From the NCBI RefSeq assembly GCF_000014785.1, contig NC_008340.1, positions 180,001 through 212,000 on the forward strand: a stretch of 32,000 nt of DNA, in the 5' to 3' direction. Position numbers and translations under genes: made by a program. A model generated the notes under the pieces. That model saw nothing but the letters and a program-made list of their open reading frames with translations. It was not told the DNA's origin and did no database searches. Shown here piece after piece: positions 1 through 6,406 of this stretch (positions are counted from its first letter, which is position 1; the number at the start of each line of letters is the position of its first letter). This DNA comes from Alkalilimnicola ehrlichii MLHE-1 (lineage in GTDB: Bacteria; Pseudomonadota; Gammaproteobacteria; Nitrococcales; Halorhodospiraceae).

Positions 1-1
1 T

Positions 2-262
2 GCTTACCTGCGCCGCCGGCGCGCCGGCAGCCCGGCGGCCTGGGCGGTGGCCCGCAGCTTCCGCCAGAGCGGGCGGGCGGTGACGGCCACCACCCTGGTG
101 TTGATCGCCCAGTTCCTGCTGGTGGCCCTGTCGGACTTCCAGCCCACCCAGAGCTTCGGCCTGCTCACGGCCTTCGGGCTGGCAGCGGCGCTGGTGTACG
201 ACCTGCTGGTGCTGCCGGCAGTGCTGGTGCTGCTGAGCCGGGTCCAACGGTTGAAAGAATGA
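2..262 (+). CDS. C-terminal fragment of an MMPL/RND-superfamily membrane exporter (5' end lies outside the window)
   Basis: Frame 2 is open from the window edge to TGA at 260-262. The tail ...TTLVLIAQFLLVALSDFQPTQSFGLLTAFGLAAALVYDLLVLPAVLVLL forms two hydrophobic helices typical of the last TM pair of MMPL/HAE-type exporters. The family call rests on sequence style only. Confidence 0.45.
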   Translation, partial: AYLRRRRAGSPAAWAVARSFRQSGRAVTATTLVLIAQFLLVALSDFQPTQSFGLLTAFGLAAALVYDLLVLPAVLVLLSRVQRLKE

Positions 263-275
263 AGCCAGTGGGGGT

Positions 276-293
276 TGTCGGCCGGCTTTACAG
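276..293 (+). promoter_or_regulatory. Upstream repeat 1, tgtcggccggctttacag (TGT-N11-ACA type); candidate enhancer-binding-protein site
   Basis: Matches the site at 386-403 at 14 of 18 positions. The two sites are 110 bp apart and lie about 250 and 140 bp upstream of the sigma-54 promoter. Confidence 0.4.
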
Positions 294-385
294 CGATGGG
301 TGATCGATAACCGACTGGTTTGTCGAGATTTTCCTGGGCCTCTGTGCTGCAGGCCCCGTTGCCCCCGGAATCTCCCCCGATTCGC

Positions 386-403
386 TGTCAATCCGCTTTA
401 CAG
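386..403 (+). promoter_or_regulatory. Upstream repeat 2, tgtcaatccgctttacag; candidate enhancer-binding-protein site
   Basis: Shares TGTC...C.GCTTTACAG with the site at 276-293. A weaker third copy, tgtcgccaataaattcag, lies at 476-493 and overlaps an A/T-rich IHF-like stretch. Confidence 0.4.
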
Positions 404-527
404 ACTCCGTGCTTTCTCCGTCAGGGATGCGCTGGGACAGACCTAATTCCGGGTGGCATCTCCAGGAAGGTCGTTTGTCGCCAATAAATTCAGTCACTTG
501 TGATGCGCTTCTGGATGATTGTTCATC

Positions 528-545
528 TTGGCATGGTGTCTGCTT
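528..545 (+). promoter_or_regulatory. Sigma-54 (-24/-12) promoter for the PEP-CTERM protein gene
   Basis: tTGGCATGgtgtCTGCTt compared with the consensus TGGCACG-N4-TTGCW. GG is at 530-531 and GC at 542-543 with correct spacing. It lies about 90 bp upstream of ATG 633. A sigma-54 activator (prsR) is encoded nearby. Confidence 0.6.
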
Positions 546-632
546 CTAGTGAACGACAAGAGGTGGTTTGCCGGCCTTAGGGCCGAACCCGCGATGGGTT
601 CATCGCACTACATTGATCATCAGGAGAGGCTC

Positions 633-1610
633 ATGAACACAAAAAGACTCATGCTCGCTTCGCTTTGCGCGGGCACCTTCGCCTTCGGCGCGGGCGCTGC
701 ATCGGCGGCGGAGATCATCGACTTTGATATCGACCTGGATGCCACGGCGGATTTCAGCGGCGGGGTTAGCGATGTTCGGCGTATCCAGTTCGACTTGAAT
801 ACCCAGACCTTTCAATATGTGCAGGATCCGCTGAACCCCGTCCAAGTTGGGGATGTATTCTTCGACCGCGGTTATGGCGATGCCTCTGCGTACCGGACCT
901 CGGGCGGTGGTTCCGCCGTTCAAGAGCCCGGAGGAGACTTTTTGGGCATTACCTACTCCATGGGGCTGCTATGGGATGAGCTCCGCGGGGTGATTACCTC
1001 GGCGGGTGCCAATGCCGCCGGTGATTGGGTGGTGACCGCCGACTACACCTCGGTGGGTCCCAACAACTTCCAGTTGTTCGTCGCGGACCTCAACCCCGGG
1101 TATGGCCAGGACTATGACGGGGCCGCCGCCCACTTCTCGGGGGGCGAGCAGGTCATGGAGATGGCGTTGGTGCAGGGTGACAGTATCCTCGAATTCGAAG
1201 GCGGTCCGGCTGGGGATTTTGTCGAGGGGACATTCACCTTCGAGTTCCAGGTGATTGACGTGTTGCCGGGCTTCTGGTTCACCAGCGATGGCGAGGACTT
1301 CGCCGATCTGATCGAGGATGACGAGGGGGCGCCCACCTTCATCGTCAGCGCCTTCGCCAGCGCCGGTACTATCCAGGAGCCGCCGCCCGAGACCTTCTTC
1401 GGCGATGACGCTAATAGCGACGCGTTCGGCGACGAGCGGGAGGGCCAGACCCTGTTCAGCGAGACCCAGTCCACCCACGATGGCAGCCTGCGCTTCGCGG
1501 TGCCGGAGCCGGGTACCCTGGCGCTGATGGGCACCGCTCTGCTGATCCTCGGTGGCCTCCTGGGTGTGGGTGGCATCCGCCGCCGCACCGGGTCGGCACA
1601 AGCGGCCTGA
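633..1610 (+). CDS. Secreted acidic PEP-CTERM sorting-domain protein (putative exosortase substrate)
   Basis: The start was moved from the track's 519 to ATG 633, which has the RBS aggagagg at 622-629. Signal peptide: MNTKRLMLASLCAGTFAFGAGAASA. The C-terminus is VPEPGTLALMGTALLILGGLLGVGGIRRRTG, i.e. PEP motif (1503-1511), TM helix and Arg cluster. Confidence 0.85.
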   Translation: MNTKRLMLASLCAGTFAFGAGAASAAEIIDFDIDLDATADFSGGVSDVRRIQFDLNTQTFQYVQDPLNPVQVGDVFFDRGYGDASAYRTSGGGSAVQEPGGDFLGITYSMGLLWDELRGVITSAGANAAGDWVVTADYTSVGPNNFQLFVADLNPGYGQDYDGAAAHFSGGEQVMEMALVQGDSILEFEGGPAGDFVEGTFTFEFQVIDVLPGFWFTSDGEDFADLIEDDEGAPTFIVSAFASAGTIQEPPPETFFGDDANSDAFGDEREGQTLFSETQSTHDGSLRFAVPEPGTLALMGTALLILGGLLGVGGIRRRTGSAQAA

Positions 1611-1672
1611 AGCAACCGCTGTAGGGCGCTATAATAGCCCAGTAGTTACCCGGTAAGCGTAGTGACCGACCT

Positions 1673-1704
1673 GAAGGGCCCCTCCCGGGGCCCTTCGTTT
1701 TTTT
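1673..1704 (+). terminator. Rho-independent terminator after the PEP-CTERM gene
   Basis: Perfect 10-bp stem gaagggcccc / ggggcccttc (1673-1682 / 1687-1696) with loop tccc, followed by a T-tract at 1698-1704. Confidence 0.8.
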
Positions 1705-1836
1705 AGGTTACCTGTTCTTCTGTCGATGGCACCGGCTTGCCCTCACACCCGCCGCTCCGATGGCTCCGGATCCTCCGCTTCCTCCATTGCGAGCGCAGCC
1801 CCTGTCAGTCAGAGTAAGGGCTGAAGGCTTCCCCCG

Positions 1837-1916
1837 CCGTCATCGCGAGGGCCGAAGGCCCGTGGCGATCCAGGGCGGTAGACTGCCACGTCGGCTTCGC
1901 CTCCTCGCAGTGACGG
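1837..1916 (-). repeat. 80-bp structured repeat unit U, copy A1 (inverted orientation)
   Basis: Its reverse complement is ccgtcactgcgaggaggcgaagccgacgtggcagtctaccgccctggatcgccacgggccttcggccctcgcgatgacgg. This is near-identical to the copies at 10997, 15311 and 30118. Confidence 0.9.
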
Positions 1917-1947
1917 TGGGGGCGCTCGCAGTGACGTGCCGGGCCTC

Positions 1948-2038
1948 GTCATTGCGGAGAGCGAGCCCCCTCACCCCTGTCATTGCGAGGAGCGGGCCCC
2001 CTCACCCCTGTCATTGCGAGGAGCGGGCCCACTCCTCC
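1948..2038 (+). repeat. Tandem array of three head modules (gtcattgcgaggagcgggccccctcacccct; periods 31, 31 and 29 bp)
   Basis: Direct reading: copies start at 1948, 1979 and 2010, and the next unit starts at 2039. Confidence 0.9.
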
Positions 2039-2126
2039 GTCATTGCGAGGAGCGAAGCGACGAAGCAATCCATTTCCCGCGGGTTGCCATGTCGTAAAGA
2101 TGGCCTCGCTACGCTCGCAATGACGG
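2039..2126 (+). repeat. Variant repeat unit U' (same inverted-repeat termini, different interior)
   Basis: gtcattgcgaggagcgaagcgacgaagcaatcc...ggcctcgctacgctcgcaatgacgg. The termini gtcattgcgag / ctcgcaatgac are perfect inverted repeats. Confidence 0.85.
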
Positions 2127-2159
2127 ACGGGGAGCGACGGAGGGCGATTGCCCCCCCGC

Positions 2160-5027
2160 TCAGCGCCGGATGTCCTCCAGCAGTTGCTCCGCATCATCCC
2201 GTTCCGGGAAATCGGGCTCGGCCTCAAGGAGCCGGTTCAGGCGCCGGGTTGCCGCCTCGGTATCGCCGGCCTCGCGCTCGGCCCAGGCCAGGTGGTACTG
2301 GATGGTGGGCGACTCGGGGGCCAGTTCGCCGGCCCGGGTCAGGGTCTCCAGGGCCTCCGCGGGCTGGCCTGCGTGGATCAGCACCACGCCGAGGGTGTCA
2401 TGGATCTGGGCCGATTCCGGTACCAGTTCCACGGCCCGGCGGGCGTAGTCCAGTGCGCGCTCGGTGTCGCGGTCGCGCAGGAGCCAGGCGGCGTTGTTGA
2501 GGGCCAGGGCGTCGTCATTGTCCTGCGCCAGGATGCGCTCATAGGCCTGCAAGGCCTCCGCCGTGTCGCCCAAGGCGAGCTGACGGCTGGCGTACAGGTG
2601 CCAGGTGCCCCGGTCCTCCGGGTGGGCCTCCAGCCAGCGTCCCAGAGTGGCCAGGGCCTCCCCGGGGCGGTCGGCGGCGACCTGGGCCTCCGCCAGGGCG
2701 TGGACCCAGGGGCGTGGCTGCGGGTCGGCGTCGGCCAGTGCCTGCTGGTAGTGCTCAATGGCCGGCTCCAGCCGGTCGTCTGCCAGTGCCGCTTGGCCGA
2801 GCAACGCCTGAACCTCCGGGCGGTCGCCGTAGCGCTCTTGCAGCTCATCCAGGTGGGGGCGGGCATCGGCCAGCCGGCCCTGGTTGACCAGGCCCCGGGT
2901 CAGTGCCATCCGCCCCTCGTAGTGGCTGGGCTGTTGTTCCAGCAGGGCCTCCAGGGTGGCCTCGGCCCCTTCGTTGTCGTCCGCCCGGGCCTGCGCCCGC
3001 GCCAGGGCCAACTGCAGGCCGGTGTTATCGGGGGCGCGCTCGACCGCCGATTGGAGGCTCACGACGGCCTCGTCGGTCTGATTCAGGCTCATCTGCACAT
3101 CGGCCAGCGCGTAAAGCAACTCCGGGTTGTCACCGTGGTGTTCGCGGGCACCCAGCAGGGTCTGCAATGCCGCCTCCCGGCGGCCCTCGTCCTCCTGGAT
3201 GCGGGCCAGCATCAGGTGGGGGGGCAGGCTCTCCGGCTGCGCATCGATGGCCCGCTGCAGCCACTTCGCGGCGCCCTGGGTGTCCTGATCCTGCAGGCTG
3301 AGCATGGCCAGGCGCTGGGCGGAGCGGGCGTGTCCCGGGTGTGCTTCCTGAATACCTTCGAGCACCTGACGGCCGGCCTCGCGGTCGCCCGTCTGCAACT
3401 CCAGGTTCGCCAGGTTCATGGCCACGGAGAGGTTGTCGGGCTCCAACTCGAGGCCCTTCTTGAAGGCCTCACGCGCCTCCTCGACCCGGCCCAGCCCCAT
3501 CAGCGCCGCGCCGGCGAGGCTGTGCGGACTCGCGGCGTCGGGTTGCCGTGCCTGCAGCAGCTCGGCCCGCTCCAGGGCCTCCTCGTACCGGCCGGTCTGG
3601 AGCAGGAAGAGCACCATGGTGGCGTCAAGCTGCTGAGAGGTCACATCCTGGGTGCCCGCGGCGCGCAGGGTGTCGAGCCCGGCCTCGGTCTCGCCGCTGC
3701 GCAGCAGGGCCACGGCCAGCAGCTCCTGCAGCCCGGTCTCGTCCGGGCGGGCGGCCACGGCGTTGCGCAGGGCCTGCACGCTGCGCTCCGGGTCGCCGGA
3801 GAGCATCATCAGGCGGCCCCGCAGCTCGTGCAGGTCGGCGGCATCACCGGGATAGTCCAGGCTGGCGCGGTTCAGGAACTGCAGGGCGTCGTCAAAGCGC
3901 TCCTGCTCGGCGTAGAGCGCCATGAGGGTGCGAATCCCCTGAAGCGAGCCCGGGCTCTCCTGTACATGGCGGTTGAGGAAGTGCTCCGCCTGCTCGTCGC
4001 TGCCCAGCCGGCGGAGGGTCTGGCCCAGGGCCAGCAGCGCCGCGCTGTAGCTGCGATCCATGGCCAAGGCTTCCTCGAAGCTGCGCCGGGCGTCGCCGTA
4101 GTTCTCGTTCTGGAGCGCCAGCATGCCCTCCAGGTAGGGGATGGCCGGGTGCGCGGAGCCCCCCTGGCGGAGGCCCTCAATGTCCGCCCGGGTGCCTTCG
4201 CGGTCACCCAGGTCCAGGCGCACCATGGCCCGCCGCAGGTGATCGCGGCCGGGGGCCGCCCGGTGTTCGATGGCCCGACCGTATGCCGCCTCGGCGCTCT
4301 CGTTATCGCCCATGATGCGGTGGTATCGGGCCAGCAGGCTCCAGGCCTGGCCCAGCTCCGGATCGGCATCCAGCGCCTGGTCCAGCCAGTGCTCGGCCTG
4401 TTCATGGTCGCCGGCCGCCAGTGCCAGGTGGGCCTCGGCCAGCGCGCTCAGCGCGGCGGCCGATTCATGCCCGTCCACGGCGGTCAGCTCTGACTGTGCC
4501 GGCTCGGTCCGGCCGATGGCGGCGAAGGCAACCGCCCGCAGCGCGTGGAGTCGGGCATTGGATGCTCGGTCCAGCCCCGGGGGCACGCCCATGGCCCGGA
4601 TCTCGTCCAGCCGGTCCAGCTCGAACAGCGCCTCTGCCAGCGGCAGGGCGATCTCCGCCTCGTCGGCCCCCTCCTCCAGGGCGCGGCGCAATTGCCGGCG
4701 GGCCTCGTCCACATTCCCCAACGCCAGGTAGGTGAGCCCCAGGTCCCGCCGGGTGTCCGCCGCATGGGGGTTCAACTGCAGGGCATTACGAAACTCGACC
4801 CGTGCAGCTGCATAGTCCCCCTGCTCCATCCGGGACTGGGCCCGTTCCAGGTAGTCCTCCTCCGTGCTGGCGCCCATGTTGTCGCAGGCAGTGAGGCCGC
4901 CGCCGAGGGTGATACAGAAGGCCAGGACGCCCAGGCGCCGCCGCCAGCCGGCGCCATGCATGCGCTCGGCGTGATTGATGGGGCGGAGCGCACGGGTGAT
5001 ACGGGAGCGTTGCGGGCGTTTCTTCAT
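2160..5027 (-). CDS. prsT: PEP-CTERM system TPR-repeat lipoprotein (PrsT family)
   Basis: 955 aa, TPR-like repeats throughout, and an N-terminal lipobox (LGGGLTAC). It sits directly downstream of prsK and prsR, and its size and context fit the PrsT family as I recall it from TIGRFAMs. The start could instead be the internal MHGAGW. Confidence 0.8.
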   Translation of the reverse strand: MKKRPQRSRITRALRPINHAERMHGAGWRRRLGVLAFCITLGGGLTACDNMGASTEEDYLERAQSRMEQGDYAAARVEFRNALQLNPHAADTRRDLGLTYLALGNVDEARRQLRRALEEGADEAEIALPLAEALFELDRLDEIRAMGVPPGLDRASNARLHALRAVAFAAIGRTEPAQSELTAVDGHESAAALSALAEAHLALAAGDHEQAEHWLDQALDADPELGQAWSLLARYHRIMGDNESAEAAYGRAIEHRAAPGRDHLRRAMVRLDLGDREGTRADIEGLRQGGSAHPAIPYLEGMLALQNENYGDARRSFEEALAMDRSYSAALLALGQTLRRLGSDEQAEHFLNRHVQESPGSLQGIRTLMALYAEQERFDDALQFLNRASLDYPGDAADLHELRGRLMMLSGDPERSVQALRNAVAARPDETGLQELLAVALLRSGETEAGLDTLRAAGTQDVTSQQLDATMVLFLLQTGRYEEALERAELLQARQPDAASPHSLAGAALMGLGRVEEAREAFKKGLELEPDNLSVAMNLANLELQTGDREAGRQVLEGIQEAHPGHARSAQRLAMLSLQDQDTQGAAKWLQRAIDAQPESLPPHLMLARIQEDEGRREAALQTLLGAREHHGDNPELLYALADVQMSLNQTDEAVVSLQSAVERAPDNTGLQLALARAQARADDNEGAEATLEALLEQQPSHYEGRMALTRGLVNQGRLADARPHLDELQERYGDRPEVQALLGQAALADDRLEPAIEHYQQALADADPQPRPWVHALAEAQVAADRPGEALATLGRWLEAHPEDRGTWHLYASRQLALGDTAEALQAYERILAQDNDDALALNNAAWLLRDRDTERALDYARRAVELVPESAQIHDTLGVVLIHAGQPAEALETLTRAGELAPESPTIQYHLAWAEREAGDTEAATRRLNRLLEAEPDFPERDDAEQLLEDIRR

Positions 5028-5035
5028 GATGAGCG

Positions 5036-6382
5036 TTACCTGAGTTCAAACTTGTCGAGTAGGCTGTACAGCGTCGGCCGGGTGATGCCCAGCAGGTCTG
5101 CCGCCTGGGCAATGTTGCCGTTGACGCGGCCCATGGCGGTGACCACGGCGTCGTATTCGGCCTGGTCCCGTGCCTCGCGCAGCAGGCGGGGTTTTTCCGG
5201 TTCCTCAGAAGAGGATAGGCCGAGATCCTCGGCGGTGATCCGTGGCCCGTCGGCCATGATGACCGCCCGTCGGATGACGTTTTCCAGTTCGCGGACATTG
5301 CCTGGCCAGGTATAGCCCTGGATGGCGTCGATGGCGCCGCTGGTGAAGCCCTTGCGCGGCTTGCGCTGCTCGCGGGCGAAGCGCTCGAGAAAGGCGTGCG
5401 CCAGCAGGCTGGGGTCGCCCTTGCGCTGGTGCAGGGGCGGGATGTCGATGCTGATCTCGCTGATCCGGTAGTAGAGGTCCTCGCGGAAATCACCGGTCTT
5501 GATCAGCCGGGCCAGATCCTGGTTGGTGGCTCCCACCACGCGGATATCCACCGGGATCTCGCGCCGGCCGCCCAGCCGTTCCACGGTGCGCTCCTGCAGG
5601 AAGCGTAGCAGCTTGGCCTGAAGGCTCAGTGGCAGGTCGCCGATTTCGTCCAGGAACAGTGTGCCCTGGTCGGCGTGCTCGATCTTGCCGATGGTCTGCC
5701 GGGTGGCGCCGGTGAAGGCGCCCTTTTCATACCCGAACAGCTCGCTCTCCAGCAGGTTCTCGGGGATGGCGGCGCAGTTGATGGCGACGAACCGCTTGCC
5801 GGCCCGGTTACTGAGGTCGTGGACGGCCCGGGCCAGCACCTCCTTGCCGGTGCCGCTGTCGCCAAGCAGCAGCACGGTGGCGTCGGAGGGCGCCACCCGC
5901 TCGACCATGCGGCAGACCCGCAGCATCCCCGGGTCAGTGGTGATTACCCCGGCCAGGGGCGACTCGCCGCCGCGGGCCAGCCGCCGGTTCTCCTCCTCCA
6001 GCTCGTAGAGTCGGGCGGCCCGATCCACAATCAGGCGCAGCATGTCGGCGTCCACTGGCTTGATGTAAAAGTCGTAGGCGCCCAGCGCCACCGCCTGCAG
6101 GGCGTTGGCGCGATCATCGTTGCCGGTGACCACAATGACCTTGGTCTCCGGCGCCACGGAGAGGATCTCCTCCAGCACGGCCAGCCCCTCGGAGGCATTG
6201 GCCGGGTCCGGCGGCAGGCCCAGGTCGAGGGTGACCAACTGCGGTGCGTGACGGCGCACCTGGGCCATGGCGCTGGCACGGTCGGCGGCCAGCAGGACGT
6301 CATAGCCCTCGAAGCACCAGCGCAGTTGGCTTTGCAGTCCCTGGTCGTCCTCGACGATGAGTAGTTTAAGCGCCTCGGCCAC
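5036..6382 (-). CDS. prsR: Sigma-54-dependent response regulator (PEP-CTERM-box response regulator, PrsR family)
   Basis: Receiver domain (LLIVEDD...TLDLGLPPD), AAA+ sigma-54 interaction domain with Walker A GDSGTGKE and the GAFTGA motif, and a C-terminal Fis-type HTH. It sits between prsK and prsT. Confidence 0.88.
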   Translation of the reverse strand: MAEALKLLIVEDDQGLQSQLRWCFEGYDVLLAADRASAMAQVRRHAPQLVTLDLGLPPDPANASEGLAVLEEILSVAPETKVIVVTGNDDRANALQAVALGAYDFYIKPVDADMLRLIVDRAARLYELEEENRRLARGGESPLAGVITTDPGMLRVCRMVERVAPSDATVLLLGDSGTGKEVLARAVHDLSNRAGKRFVAINCAAIPENLLESELFGYEKGAFTGATRQTIGKIEHADQGTLFLDEIGDLPLSLQAKLLRFLQERTVERLGGRREIPVDIRVVGATNQDLARLIKTGDFREDLYYRISEISIDIPPLHQRKGDPSLLAHAFLERFAREQRKPRKGFTSGAIDAIQGYTWPGNVRELENVIRRAVIMADGPRITAEDLGLSSSEEPEKPRLLREARDQAEYDAVVTAMGRVNGNIAQAADLLGITRPTLYSLLDKFELR

Positions 6383-6406
6383 TGATTCCTCCTCTGATGA
6401 CGGGCG

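Noticed and set aside
288-497. 69-aa minus-strand ORF in the gap upstream of the PEP-CTERM gene
   Set aside because: It has no RBS or recognisable motif and lies in a lower-GC regulatory region that is better explained by the sigma-54 promoter and upstream repeats.
519-632. Longer N-termini offered by the ORF track (519 for the PEP-CTERM gene, 10588 for the export protein, 19804 for gatC, 27503 for dacA, 28693 for dat, 30286 for lipB, 31117 for ureJ)
   Set aside because: In each case a downstream ATG has a better Shine-Dalgarno sequence and gives a proper signal peptide or the conserved family N-terminus. The extension at 519 would also bury the sigma-54 promoter inside the CDS.
1760-2500. 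ORFs running through the repeat clusters (1760-2500, 1949-2227, 10723-10905, 10733-10951, 10932-11240, 11032-11367, 15101-15478, 15282-15728, 29855-30226)
   Set aside because: Their 'proteins' are translations of the repeat modules (…CHCEEAKPTWQSTALDRHGPSALAMT…). Array periods of 29 and 31 bp break the frame, copies occur in both orientations, and there are no RBS or start signals. I treat them as non-coding repeats.
2148-4493. 781-aa ORF on the plus strand opposite prsT, plus many smaller ORFs in 2170-5493
   Set aside because: It is antisense to a well-supported TPR gene. Its composition is dominated by G/A/L/Q/R/V/P with no motifs. This is the typical long open antisense frame of a high-GC gene.
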